From NCBI RefSeq assembly GCF_009914755.1, contig NC_060933.1: DNA of 64,000 nucleotides; one strand, given 5' to 3'. Positions 28,876 through 42,707 of the stretch are shown piece after piece (positions within the stretch are counted from its first letter, which is position 1; each line of letters starts with the position of its first letter). The stretch is from the human T2T-CHM13v2.0 reference genome, Homo sapiens. The notes under the pieces were generated by a model. That model did no database searches. It had not been told where the DNA came from and saw only the letters and a program-made list of their open reading frames with translations. The translations under genes were made by a program, and so were the position numbers.

Positions 28876-29189
28876 CTTTAGATGCTTCACTGTCTCCACC
28901 ACCCTAGTTCAGTTTGACAATGACTTTCTAAAGTGGAAAGATAAACACCTTTAGGGTCTGCCCTAAAGATAGCAGGACCAGTATAAAGTACAATAGTGTT
29001 ATAAATACCATGAGTAGGATACTATAAGCCAATTGCTATAGCTCATGATGGTTATCTTTTAAAGTAAGAAGAGTATTTACATCAATTTACTTTTAGTTTA
29101 AATGTGCATGCAGGGATATGATCCCATTTTATTTTATTTGCTGCATCCCATTGTTGGCTTATATTAATTTTGAGGTCATCTAGAAATCC

Positions 29190-30065
29190 TGATTCCTGAG
29201 AGTAAAGATGAAGTATCTTATTAAATCAAAGTTATCATTCTAAACAATGGGAAACCTCCAACCCCCTTTCTTCAAATCAGCTTTCAAAATTCTGAGAGGC
29301 AGACTTAAATCTACTACCTGCACCAACCCCTTGCCATCCCCCTAACCAGGGCAAGAGATTAAAGGATTCCACCCTAGGAAAATAGGCTTTACAAAAAGAT
29401 ACTGGTATTTACAAATCCCCAGCTAAAAAGCTGAGCTCTTTCTGGGGTGGACAGTGAAGTTTACCCTACCAGTTGTCAAGCCCTGCCTGTAAATACATAG
29501 CTTTCAATTAGCTTTTTTAGTGCCTCATTTTTAAATATGATCAGATAGCCAGGGATCACCAGGCATTTCAGCAAAACCTCCAATTTTTTTCATAGAGACC
29601 TATATAAACATGAAAAAAAGAAGCAGCAGCCCAAATAACTAGAAACAATATAAGGAATTTTAAAACATCTTCCCATTGCAAAAAAGCTGTAACTAATATT
29701 TTCTGAGAAAAGTTGTTAAACCTATTAGATTAATTAAACAATTAGTAGGATGCTATGGGGGCAAGTGATATTCAGATATTCAGAGAATATGAAAAACATT
29801 AGTATTTAAAAATATGACAATAGAAAAAGCAAATATAAAACCTAGAATATAAAGTTGAGAAAGTCATTCAGAAAATAGAATGAAAAGAAAAAGTGAGAGC
29901 ATCAGTATAGAAGATCTAACATTTAGTTAATAATAGGAATTCCAAAATGAAAGAACAGGGAAAACAGAAAAGAGGATATTATCAAAGAAATAAAGCAGGG
30001 GAATTTTCTAGAACTGAAGGAAATTAAACACTGGATTGAAATGTCCCATAATTGCTCAGCCCAAC
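29190..30065 (+). mobile_element. HAL1 or old L1 5'/ORF1 fragment
   Basis: CCAGGGATCACCAGGCATTT, ATAGGAATTCCAAAATGAAAGAACAG, AATTTTCTAGAACTGAAGG, GATTGAAA are ORF1-like. Confidence 0.65.
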
Positions 30066-30619
30066 ACACACAGCACCTTCAGCCATCATAGCGCAAGTGG
30101 TTAGTTGATGTATGGAGTTACTCATACAACCAATATTTATTGACTGGGGTCAGGCACTGGTGGTCCAGCACACACAGGAAAGACAAAATCCCTGACTTTG
30201 AGAAGGCTAGAGGCTAATGGTGGGTCAACCTGCTTCATGTATCCCCCAGAGACTCACTTCACTAAAAGACACATTTTACCCCAGACTAAGAAGTGTTTGG
30301 CTTTAGTGAACCATAAGCCTGATCCAGATGATTGTCCTGCACCATCATAACTGACAGCCTCACTCTTCATCTTGGGAGGCTGGCAGAAACTTAACTTTCC
30401 TCCTCAAGGAGGGTCTTCCTTGCCCCAATTCTCTGAAACAGGTTATATGTAAATACTTATGCCTTCTTTCTGCAGTCCACCATGACAACCGACCTTCCCC
30501 CAGAGTTGGCATAATAGTAGAAATCATGTTGACCACAACAACAAACATGTGATGTATGGCCTTCTCGAATCTCTTTTTTTAATGAGATGTAAACAAGCAA
30601 ATAAGGATAAATAAATATG

Positions 30620-30810
30620 TAAAATTCGGCTTAGCACTTTGCTGGCTTTTTTCACACATTATCTTTACAATTTTGTAAAGTACACATTCATGACCATTTA
30701 TATACAAATTTCAAAAGGGTTTCAGTAACCTCCCCAGGGACTCACAGCTAGGGAATGGCGCAGCTGGAGTCACATCCAAGGCCTCCGATCCAAACCCCAA
30801 GTTCTTCCTT
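30620..30810 (-). mobile_element. MIR
   Basis: AGTAACCTCCCCAGGGACTCACAGCTAGGGAATGGCGCAGCTGGAGTCACATCCAAGG. Confidence 0.6.
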
Positions 30811-32115
30811 CCCTTGTACAGACTCAAATGTACAATCAACGTTCCTCTTAAACTCCTCTCACAAAAAACTTGTGTAAATCCACATCTATCTTAAAATCAC
30901 CTCCTAAATTAATCATTAGTAATCATGCATCACAAATTAATCTCTGAATTGATGCAATAGAAGACTTGACATTACCAGGAAGCATATACGAGGTACCAAG
31001 ATCCTGATCTGAGGGAGACAACAAACTAACAAAAAACTCAAGGGGGCCATACATGCACCATGGTTCTCATAGAGGACTCATGGATTGTGAGTTGTTTACC
31101 AATGAGTTAAAACCCTTCGTACATGCTTACCAAACACTTTTACTTTTTGTGTGTGTGTGATTGTTTTATTCTTTACCCATTTTTTCTATTGGGATATTCA
31201 TGGCTAGTGAGGTGGAAATTATTATGTCCCCTTGGAATTTTTCATATAAAGAAGAGTTGAAGGAAAGGCTTGTGTAGTCTGAGAAAAAGAAGCCTCTGGT
31301 CAGACGTGATTATAAACCATAGACACTTAAAGAGCTGCTCTTGATGTAGGAGCCCATGTAGGAAACAGAGTACGAACTGCCATTTATTAGGTGTTAAAAC
31401 ATGAAAACTGGAATTTCTACAAACCAAACAGCCTGAGTCAGATTTCAAGATAGTCTGGATATCATCTGAAGACAGTCTCTCATCCATCTCTCTGTAGATA
31501 TCTGGATAGACATGGAATTGTATCCACCCTACTCCAACTCACAGCAGGGGACTAGGGTCTGGGCTTATTTATACCCCAGATCTTCCCAGCTAAGTCCAGA
31601 AAATGAAGGATGAATCGAAGTGAATTCTAGTCTTGAATGTTTACCACATTCAAGGGATGTTAGCCACAGCAGAATTGTACTCATCATACTTCTTATTACA
31701 AATAGTACCACAGAACTCCCGGAGATATTGCAGGACAAATGAACCTTAGCCACAAATTTTTGTCAGTGTTTTTTCAGAGGCCTTGGGCCCTGGTTTTAAG
31801 TAGAAGTATACTCCTTCAGGCTGGAATTCAATACGACTCCCCAGGTAGTAGCTGTACCTTGATGAGTTCACTTAGCCCAGTGGTATTTCAGCCATGTTCA
31901 AAGCTACATTTGTAAGAACAGAGTCTAATCTTTAAATCTGTCCAATACCCTATAGCCTATCATAGCCATGTTCAGCAGACAAGTTTCACAGTCTCAGAGT
32001 TTCAAAGCCAATGAAAGTCTCAAGAGTAGATTGTTGACCATAAAAGAAGTAGGGGCACAAAACTAGACCAGGTCTGTTCGCACTTTAGGAAACATTTCAG
32101 AAATTACCTAACATC

Positions 32116-32290
32116 AGCTGGGCATGGTGGCTCATGCCTGTAGTCCCAGCTTCTCAGGAGGCTGAGACAGGAGGATTGCTTGAGCTCAGGAGTTCGAGGC
32201 TGCAGTGGGCCATGATCGCACCCCTGCACTCCAGGCTGGGTGACAAAGAGAGAGCCCCATCTCTACAGAAAAGTTAATGAATAAATTGAA
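32116..32290 (+). mobile_element. Alu monomer (FRAM/FAM-like)
   Basis: Single-arm GCTGGGCATGGTGGCTCATGCCTGTAGTCCCAGC...GAGGCTGCAGTGGGCCATGATCGCAC plus an A-rich tail. Confidence 0.85.
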
Positions 32291-34188
32291 AGAAGAAATC
32301 ATCCAGCAACTATGGGTGAGTGGTCAAGAAGCTTAAGGCTGCTGTTTCATAGACAGAACATCAGTCTAGTTGCCCATCATTGGTCATTCAAGTAGGAAAG
32401 GACATCTCACCTGCCTAGATTCTTCCTCATATATGGGCACAGACTGTGCCAAGGCCCCAGCAGGTCTGATGGACAGATGTGAGTAGCAGTCATTCCACCT
32501 TCTTGCTAGTATGCACACAGGAACAAAGCTTGGACAGACAGCCATGCTAGCTTATTTAAGAAGAATTTGACAAAGCCCTCCAATAGCTAGGCACCTAAGG
32601 CACTATCATCCAAGTAATAGCAGCTAATAGTGATCCTCTCTCATCTCTCTACTCCAGTCTCCCCAGCCAGAAATAGCAAATCCGTCCATGCCAAAATGAT
32701 GTACACTCATTGCAGCACTCCTGAAGCATTAAAAATTCTCCCATACATGAAATTTCTTTGGCCTGCAGGTAAACATGACATTTCTCCATATTCTCATTTA
32801 AAAAACACAAACACATTTGACTACTTCATATTTTTAGATGCCACAAATAAAATCATAGCCAAAATTAAAAAGCAAACAACCAACTAGAAAAAGTATGTAC
32901 AGCAAATATGAAAGAGAAACAGTTTATATCTTTGTTGTTTGAGAAACTAATAGGTAAAAAAAAAGCACAGTCATAAAAAGACAATCAAAGAGAAATTATA
33001 ACTATTATAAAATACACACAGAGACCATCAAAAATTTTATTTCAAAGAATGCACATTTCTCTTATTATTTGGTTTCCTAACAAAATGTTTTTAATGATTT
33101 TTAAATTAGACCTAGACCACTACCTCTTTTACCACCAGTCCTTCCCCAACCCTAGGTGTGAGCTCACATGAGCCCCTCAGAGCCCATAGGTCCCAATGTG
33201 ATAGACCAGGTATATCAGCTTCATTTCATCTCTGAATGCCCCCTGTCTCTTTCTCTGGTAATTTTTCATAAGGAACACAGCAAAGGGAAAACAAGTCCGG
33301 AAATCAGGTACCTCATACCTGAAAATATATGTTTGTTTTTTCATAAAGAAAAGCAATTCTAACTGTATAGCATAAAGCAAATGTATGAGATTGGGAGGAT
33401 GTGAACTGGTTTGCTAAGGATACAATTGAACTTGAATTACGAATTCACAAAATGTAAGCAACAATCATTGAAGAGCGTAGAAAATATACTGCTGACCTAG
33501 AACCCTGGCTTTCACACTTTCACAGCTTTTCAGAACACAAGAATCATTCACTAAATACTGACAAGAATTCTTAGAATAGAACAGAGAGAAGAGACAGATT
33601 TGTCCCTGCCCTTTGATGGGTGTCTTGGCAGGTCAGTGGATTCTCTGACTAGCTGGTTTAATTAAACCCAAAGCAGCTGAGATCCGACCCCTAGAAATAA
33701 GGAAAGAGCTCCACAGACCAGAATGTATCCCAAGAAGAAACTTCGACTCTAGATAGAATAATCAGATTAGAAAGAAGTGTTCATTCTAGGCAGGAATCAT
33801 AGAATTTTAGATTAGAGAAGACCTAACACCGAAAGTGCCTACGTAATGCACGAATGGATGAACATGCAGTTCTCCTGGGAGTACACCACCTTACAATTGT
33901 TGAATAGAACTTCCTTCCATACCATATACTAACTTGAAATCTTCCTCCCTGTTTAACTTTAGACCCAGGTGGTGTGGCACACATCACTTGGAAATCTGTC
34001 CTGGTTGCTTACATCTAATATTGGACCAGGTAATGTTGCTAATCTGAGTGTGACAGTATAAGGAGTGAATGGAATCCTGTGAGTGTCCTTTTAATGTTTC
34101 CCCACACATCCTTTCTTCCTTCCCTCTGGCTCAGAGGAAGAGTGTCTCCCCTCCATCAAAAGTTCCTCTTTCCATCTGCACTCTATCC

Positions 34189-34373
34189 CAGTGGTTCTCA
34201 AACTTTAAGGTGTATCAGAATTGCCTGGAGAGCTTAATAAAACATAGATTAGGAGTTACCATTCCAAAGTTGCTGATTCACTAGGTCTTGGATGTGGCTC
34301 AAGAATTTGTGTTTCTAAGTTCCCAGGTGATGCTGATGCTGCTGGTCCAGGAGCCACACTCTAAGAACCATCA
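34189..34373. mobile_element. MER5A
   Basis: CAGTGGTTCTCAAACTTTAAGGTGTATCAGAATTGCCTGGAGAGC...CCCAGGTGATGCTGATGCTGCTGGTCC; TSD CTCTATCC / CTCTATAT. Confidence 0.9.
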
Positions 34374-34381
34374 CTCTATAT

Positions 34382-34599
34382 TAGAGGTCAAAAACCTTCT
34401 GTCGAGGGCCAGACAGGAAATAGTTCAGACTTTGCAGGCCATATGTTCTCAGTTGCAACTACTCAACTCTACCATTGTCGTGTGAAAACCGATAGACACA
34501 ATACATAAATGAGTAGATATTCACTGTGTTCCAATAAAACTTTAGTCACAAAAAAATAGGTCATGGACCAGCATATGTGCTGTCATTTATCAAATTCTG
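34382..34599. mobile_element. MER58A abutting MER5A
   Basis: AGGGCCAGACAGGAAATAG...GCAACTACTCAACTCT...GTTCCAATAAAACTTTA. Confidence 0.85.
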
Positions 34600-34945
34600 C
34601 ACCAGACCCTTGCTGCTCAGAGTTCTACTCTCATCCCTTCCCTTTACACCCAAGTTCCTTGAACAAGTCAACGCTCATTGTCTCCTCTTCTATACTTCTC
34701 ATTCTTTCTGCAACCCCCATAATCTGGCTTCCACACCTTCTATTCCACTGAAATTGCTCTCAGCAGTCACCAGTGCTATCATATGAGAATTTTCCGTCCT
34801 TTTCTTATCTACACGTTTCTCTTGCAATAGCGATGTTGACCACTCATCTTTTTCAGTTTCCTCTGCTGGCTTCTTTGACATCACTTTCTCATAGCTCCCA
34901 GCATACTTTTCTTTCTGCTGCTGCTGAGTTTTCCATTTCTCTGAC

Positions 34946-36325
34946 CAGGACCAGCTTCATAGAAGTGAAACCAGTGCAGTGGCACAAGACCCAGTGCTCA
35001 GAAGGGCACTTGCTTGGGATTTAATGTTTTGCAGTCATTATCTTGAAATTCTTAATTTTATCTTTGAATTTCTGTTTTATAAGTGAAGTCCAATGGGACA
35101 ATGAAAACATGTGCTGGGCTTGGAGCCTCAGCTCATGTTCATCCTGTCTCTTACCATTTCCCAGAGGTGAGTTATCAGTACCTACGTGTATTCCCCCTTT
35201 GCCTCCCTGGTCCTGCCTGGTCTTCCCCTCTCACCCTCCACCTCATGAGTGCTGCCACCCTCTGCCCCTGGGAAGGGCCTGCGTAGTGTCCAAGGAGTTG
35301 AGTGCACATTTCATTCCTGCGTAACACTGGCAGCATTCTAGCGCATGTGGCTGGTAATGTGGTGGGGTTGCATGTTGGCACATAAACCTCTTAGCCACCC
35401 CCATGCAGGTACTGAGCATGTTGTGACACAGAGGTTTAAAGATCCTTAGGGATCATCCATATGCCATAAGTTAGGGCAGCAGATCATGGACAGAGGAGAT
35501 GCCCAGCTTGACTTCCTCAAACTTCACTGTTGGCCAGGGCATGGGCATGGCAGAAGGGAAGAAGTAGCAGCCTTCAGCCGAAGCAAACATGCAGGGCTCC
35601 CAGGCACTTGTGAGGGTCTGCGCTTGTCCCACAAGCATTCTTTTGGTCAGCCCCATTGTTGGGGGAATAGGAGGAGATCTTTCTGTTTTCCTCCAAACTT
35701 CCTGAGTCTGGCTTGAATTTGTCTCTTCTGTATAGCTCAAGGCACCCTCCAGAGATGAGCCATGAAATATAAATATTCTGATATTTGCATTAAAACTTGG
35801 CATTGCTAAAGGAAGCCAGTCACAAAGACCACATATTGTATGATTCAATTTACATTACATGTCCAGAATAGACAAAACTACAGAGACAGAAAGTAGATTA
35901 ATGGTTGCCTAGGACTGGGGAAGAGGATAATTGAGATTGCCAATGGGTGCAGTGGTGTTTTGTTCTGAGATGATGAAAATGTTCTAAAATTAAATTGTGG
36001 TGATGGTTGCACAACTCTGTGAACATACTAAAAACCACTGAATGAAGCATTTTAAATGGATGAATTTATTGTATGTAAATTTATGTCAATAAAGTTGTTA
36101 AAAATTGGCATTGCACAATATAGAGATGAATGATAAAATTCAGCTAATAATTTAAAGTTTTAGTTTTTCCTTATTTGGAATGATATTAAGTAGGAAGCAA
36201 AACCACCATGATGGCAAGAGAGAGTTCATGGAAGAAAGGAAAATACTTTGCAATACACCTTTAACAGTGCTTTCTTCCCCTGCATTTTGAACAATGGGTT
36301 TCATATTTTTATTTGTATTAGCTCT
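34946..36325. mobile_element. Long MER45-family (MER45B/C/R-like, hAT-Tip100) element interrupted by L1MB
   Basis: CAGGACCAGCTTCATAG...CTCAGAAGGG...TCTTGAAATTCTTAAT start; TTTTGAACAATGGG..CATATTTTTATTTG end. Confidence 0.75.
35807..36098 (+). mobile_element. L1MB 3' end
   Basis: GAAGCCAGTCACAAAGACCACATATTGTATGATTC...TCAATAAAG; TSD TAAAACTTGGCATTGC (35791-35806) / TAAAAATTGGCATTGC (36099-36114). Confidence 0.9.
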
Positions 36326-36729
36326 GCCTCTGATCTCTTAAACACTGGTATTTTCCATGGCTTTGCCTGAGCCTTTTTTTTGTTTCACAGTTTCCCCAGG
36401 CAGACTTATCCAAGCTACAACATGTTCCCTCATGACTCCCAAATGTTATCTCCAGCCCAGACCACCTCACATACAAATATCCAAAGGTATATATCCAGTG
36501 AATAGCTCAAAAGATACTGAGAACTCAATATATGTAAACTTGTACTCATAATCTGCTCCTTCTCTACATTTTTCATTTTGTTGAAGGACATTACCATCCA
36601 CTAAATTGCTAAAACCAGGAACACTGGAGTCCTCCTATTATTTCTTCCCACCTCCTTTCATCCAATTACTCTGTAAATCCTATAAATTCTAAAACCCAAG
36701 TGTCTTCCAATCTAGGCCTTCTTTTTTAT

Positions 36730-37704
36730 GTGAAATTATTATTATTTAAATAATTTCAACTTTTATTTTAGATTCAGGGTGCATATGTGCAGTTCGTTAC
36801 CCTGGGTAGATTGCATGATGCTAAGGTTTGGGATATGCTTGATCCTGTCACCCAGGTACTGAGCATAGTGCCCAATAGTTATTCAATACTCGCCCCTACC
36901 TCCCATACTCCCCGCTCTAGTAGTCCCCAGTGTCTATCATGTCTACTTTTGCCAACTTTATGTCCATGGGTACCCATTGTTTAGCTCTAACTTATAAGTG
37001 AGATTTTGCAGTATTTGGTTTTCTGTTTCTGTGTTAATTTGTTTAGGATAATGGCCTCTACCTGCATCCATGTTGCTACAATGAACATTATTTCATTCTT
37101 TTTATGCCTGCATAGTATTCCATGGTGTATATGTACTATATTTTCTTTATCTAATCCATGATTGATGGGCACTTAGGTTGATTCCATGTCTTTGCTATTG
37201 TGAATAGTGCTATGACGAACATATGAATGCGTGTGCCTTTTTGGTAGAACGATTTATTTTGTTTTGGATATATACCCAGTAATGGGATTTCTTAGTCAAA
37301 TGGTAGTTTTGTGTTATCAGTTTTGAGAAATCAGATTTCTCAAAATCAGTTTTGAGACATCTCCAAACTGATTTCCACAGTAGTTGAACTAATTTACTTT
37401 CTCTCCAACAATATATAAGCGTTCCCTTTTCTCTGCAACCTCACCAGCATCTGTTCTTATTTTTTGACTTTTTAATAATAGCCACTCTAACTGGTGTGAG
37501 ACGGTATTGCACTGTGGTTTTGATTTGCATTTCTCTGATGATTAGTGATGTTGAGCATTTTTTCATGTTTCTTGGCTACTTGCATGTCTTCTTTTGAAAA
37601 CTGTCTGTTTATGTCTTTTGCCCATTTTTAACCTTCTTGGTTAGATGTATTCTAGTTGGGAGGGGTGGTGTTCGGGGGCCTTTTTGTTTGGTTTTGGTTT
37701 TGTA
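36730..37704 (-). mobile_element. 5'-truncated L1PA15/16-like element
   Basis: TTCAACTTTTATTTTAGATTCAGGG...CACCCAGGTACTGAGCATAG; degenerate TSD TAGGCCTTCTTTTTTA / TAGGCCCTCTTCTTAA. Confidence 0.88.
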
Positions 37705-38418
37705 TAGGCCCTCTTCTTAATCTCCTCTGCCTCTGGCCTTGTTCATACCCCCATCAAATCTTACCTTGACTATTAAAAAGGTTTTGTTATGAGTCTCTTT
37801 GTCTTTAACCTTAACCACCTGCAATTCATGGCTTACATTTTCTAAAATGTAAATCTGACCACGTCACTTCCCAGCTCAAAACAATCAGATGTGTCACTAT
37901 AGCTTACAAGATAAAACGGAAATGTCTCATCATGGTATACAAGTCCCTTAGATATATAAAGCCTTTTTAAAATTTCATGATAGTATTTTCATAATAGAGA
38001 AACACTGAAAACAACATAAATGCACAATGAAAACATGGTCAAGTAACTTGTGTTACATCAACTTGATGAGTGGACTCCCTTAAAATGTTAAAATATTAAT
38101 TGTAAAAATAAATGTCAGTTTATTCATGTGGTATTTTATTATATTATGCAGTCATTTAAAATCAGGTTGAAAAATAGTTCACTAAAACCTTTAACTCCAT
38201 TAGTATGACGGGCTAAGTGCCAAAATTGACCATCTCTGTCAAGATAAAAAACAACTAAAACTAAAATACTAAAACTGAAAGGTAAAAATGGTTATATATT
38301 TTAAATTAATGATATGGCAAGAATATAAAAGATACCGAAGCCAAACTTTAGAAAAGACACCACTGCAGCTGGCTGTCTCCATTAGAATACTTGCCAAATC
38401 AGCTCAATTTGAGTTTAA

Positions 38419-38899
<481 letters not shown>

Positions 38900-38910
38900 G
38901 GACTCAGCAG

Positions 38911-39218
38911 TTGTTGTTGTTGTTTGTTTTTCAAGATGAAGTCTCACTCTGTCACCCAGGCTGGAGTGCAGTCGAACGATCTCAGCTCACCTGCAAACCT
39001 CTGCCTCCCGGGTTCAAGCGATTCTCCTGCCTCAGCCTCCCAAGCAGCTGGGATTACAGGCTTGTGCCACTGCACCTGGCTAATTTTTTGTATTTTTTAG
39101 TAGAGACGGGGTTTCACCATGTTGGCCAGGCTGGTCTTGAACCCCTGACCTCAGGTAATCCGCCCACCTCAGCCTCCCAAAGTGCTGGAATTACAGGCAT
39201 GAGCCACTGTGCCTGGCC
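38911..39218 (-). mobile_element. AluS with a (TTG)n tail
   Basis: Full dimer; TSD ACTCAGCAG at 38902-38910 and 39220-39228. Confidence 0.93.
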
Positions 39219-39365
39219 AACTCAGCAGATTTTTTTAAAGTTAAGAACCCAGAAATCAACCCACACATATATGGAAACTTGGTTTATGACACAGCTAGCA
39301 TTGCAAATCAGTGGGGAAAGAATAAATATTTAACAAATGGTTCTTGGATAATTGGTTATCCTTAT

Positions 39366-39550
39366 TGTTAGAGTTTGAATATTTGTCCCCTCCCAGACTC
39401 ATGTTACAATTTAATTGCCATTGTAACAGTATTAAGAGATGGAACCTTTAAGAGGTGATTGGGCCATGAGTGCTCTGCCCTCATGAATGGATTAATGGCA
39501 TTATTATGGGAGTGGGTTCCTTATAAAAGGGCAAGTTTGGCCCCCTTTTG

Positions 39551-39586
<36 letters not shown>

Positions 39587-39753
39587 GCCCTCACCCTCTC
39601 TTTGCCTTTTGACCATGGGATGACACAGCAGGAAAGTCTTTGCCAGATCTTTGACTTCCCATCCTCCAGAACTGTCAGCCAATAATTTTCTATTTATTAT
39701 AAAATACCCAATCTGTGGTATTTTGTTACAGCAGTGCAAAATGAACTAATATA
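39366..39753 (+). mobile_element. Solo MST (MSTC/MSTD-like) LTR with an internal (CT)n tract
   Basis: TGTTAGAGTTTGAATATTTGTCCCC...AATGAACTAATATA; perfect TSD CTTAT at 39361-39365 and 39754-39758. Confidence 0.9.
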
Positions 39754-39779
39754 CTTATTTAAAAGAAAAAAAAAACAGA

Positions 39780-40048
39780 GGCTAGGCATGGTGTCTCACG
39801 CCTATAATCCCAGCACTTTGGGAGGCTGAGGCAGGAGGATTCCTTGAGCCCAGGAGTTCGAGACCAACCTGGGCAACAGAGCAAGATCCCATCTCTCAAA
39901 AAAAAAGAAAAATTAGCTGGGCATGGTGCCACATGCCTATAGTCCCACACTTAGAAGGCTGAGGTGAGAGGATGGCTTCAGCCCGGGAGTTCAAGGCTGC
40001 AGTAAGCTATAGATCGTGACAGAATGAGACCCTGTCTTAAAAAAAGAG
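39780..40048 (+). mobile_element. AluJ with a right-arm deletion
   Basis: GGAGGATTCCTTGAGCCCAGGAGTTCGAGACC; GAGTTCAAGGCTGCAGTAAGCTAT; the CCACTGCACTCCAGCC block is missing. Confidence 0.9.
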
Positions 40049-42662
40049 AGAGATACAGAAAGAAAATGTACTTTTACATCACACTGTACACAAAATCAAT
40101 TCTATGTGGATTAAAAGCATAACTATGGAAGAGAGTACTATAACATTAAAGAAGACAGTGTAGAAGAACATCCTTAACACCTTGAGGAGAGAAATTTTTC
40201 TTTACAAGACTCAAAGGGCACAATTATTCAAAGAAAAGTTTGATAAATTTGACTGTATCAAAATTAAAATTATCTATTTACTATTAGGCACTATAAAGGT
40301 AGTGGAAAACAGAATGGGAGAAGATATTTGAACCCATGTAACTCAGAAAATTGATATCCAGAATATATTAAAAAAAACTCGTACAAACCAATAAGAAAAG
40401 AAAACCCAAGAGAACTATGAGCAAAAGATTTGAACAAGCACGCCATAGAAGAGACCCCATATGAAAAGATGTTCTGTCTCATTACTAGTTGGAAAAATTT
40501 ATATTAAAACCAAATAAGAAAGATTCTCAAACTCACCAGATTAGCAAAAATTGTATCTGATAATATCAACTGAGCATTGGCAAGGATATGATGCAACCAG
40601 CATTCTTACACGTTGCTAGTAGAAGCATAATTTGGTACAACCATTTTGGAAAACAATTTGGCATTACCCATATATTTGAAGAGATACACACCAATGACCC
40701 GACAGAATTACTCATGCATTATAAAGAAACTCTTAGACATTTGTAATAGAAATTGTGTTATTAAAATATTCTTTACATTACCATTTACAGTAGGAAAAAC
40801 TGGAATTTGCCCAAATGTTTATCATGGACAATAAGTTGTGGTGCATTCATATAATGAAATACTTGACAACAATGTAGATGAATACAATATAACACAATGA
40901 CATAGAAAAAACATAGGGATTTAATACTGGGTGAAAAAACAAATTACAGATAAATGTGTTCACATTTTTTAGTCCATTTAAATATTGATTAAAATATCCA
41001 CTAAACTGTATGCTCTTTAGGAATATAACCAAATATGGTAAAATTATAAAGAGAACTAAGATACAATAAACACAAGATTTAGGAGGGTGATCACATGGCC
41101 TCTGTAGGGGTAATGAAGAGGATGAGGTAGGAAATAAGAACACAGAGGCCTCCAAAGATAATAGCAATGTTCTTTATCTTAAATTGAATGATAGGCATAT
41201 GGGTGTTAATTTATGGTGATTTCGTATAACTTTTATAAATTTTTGTACATATATTCAACATTTAATACACAGTTTTTTAAAAAGAACATCTGCTGACACA
41301 TAAAAATACATGATATTCTGTTAAAATGATCATTATAAATAATACACGGTAGTGGCATGGAAACATGCTTTTGATATATTATTTAAAAATTAGAAAAGAA
41401 AATTATGTATCAAAAAATATGATTACAACAACACAAAAATTATAGTTATAAATGGGCATGAAGCAAGGGAAAATAAAGACATGATTTTTAGTTTTTCTTC
41501 TTTATTTCTATCTCCATTAATGTGGTCATAATTCTGTGCCAATAATGAAATGATATATTTAAAACAGAAAATTGATGCTCTAAACAGGTCTCCCATTAAA
41601 GCTATTTAGACTATGGGCCAAATAATCAAGGTACCACCATTCACCTGGTGGCAATTTATCTCCACTGCAAAGTAGCCAAGGGAAAAAAATCAATGTCCTT
41701 ATTGCTGCATTTGTGAGCCTTGCTTTATATAACAACCAAAACATGCCTCATCAGCCTCCCTCATCCATGTTACCTTCATCCTTGCAGCCATAGAAACACA
41801 GCACCTACAGCACCTAGACAGCTGAGAAAGGCCACAAAATCTTCTCGAAAGCCAACTCTGCAATCCAATGACCTCATTTTGTAAAAGGCATTGATAGTAG
41901 TTCTACAAAAGAGAAAAGTTATGATCAATTTATTCTTTGTTACTAATGGACAAAGAGAGAAAATATAACTTAAGGAAGCTGTATCAGGTTCTATTTGATT
42001 TGCAACCAAAACTGTTCTTACTATTCTGCATTTAAGTGTCATGGATAATTCAAAGTCATTAGAGACACATAATCTCAACCACATTAAGAAATAATCTAAA
42101 TGTTTTTAAAAGTGATACAAAAAGTAGTGAGGAGTATTATTACTTCCAGTTGTACCTGCCCAAATATTTAAGTTTGCAAAAGAATAGAAAACGAAGTGCA
42201 AATTATTGATGGTGTTGAAATGACTTTAAATCACAACTGAAGTGTTCATACCATCAAACTTGGAAGGAAAAAAATCAATACTGCTATATTGAAGTTAAGA
42301 ATAAATTAGAGGCATGTAAAAGTCTGGAATAACAATATGCTATAAAAATTACTGATATAAAAATATGCCATTTAACAAATTTGATACTACAGAGGCATAA
42401 AATTCTACATAGAGTCTGGAAGCAACCATGTGAACATAAGGAGGTAGCTGGGGTAGTGCCAACATGGTTAATTCAGAAAGAAACTCAAATTTATAACTGG
42501 TTAGGTTTAATTTCTGTTTTGAAGATAAATTACATGCCAGAAATCTATATGCTTCCATTTTTTCTACTGATATTTAAAGGTAAAAACTGGACAATATAAA
42601 AAATATATTTTCAGTAAATATTTTCCCTCTTTTCTCCCTCAAATCTCATGAATACCTCAGTT

Positions 42663-42707
42663 CACACACATATGCACACACACACACACACACAGACACA
42701 CACACAT
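42663..42707. repeat. (CA)n microsatellite, interrupted
   Basis: CACACACATATGCACACACACACACACACAGACACACACACA. Confidence 0.9.

Larger units (their letters stand above)
34120..37960 (+). mobile_element. Fragmented L2 hosting five later insertions (MER5A, MER58A, MER45 with a nested L1MB, L1PA)
   Basis: Collinear L2 motifs TCTGGCTTCCACACC..TTCCACTGAAATTGCTCTC, ATGACTCCCAAATG..TCTCCAGCCCAGACC, TAAAATGTAAATCTGACCACGTCACT. Confidence 0.7.
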
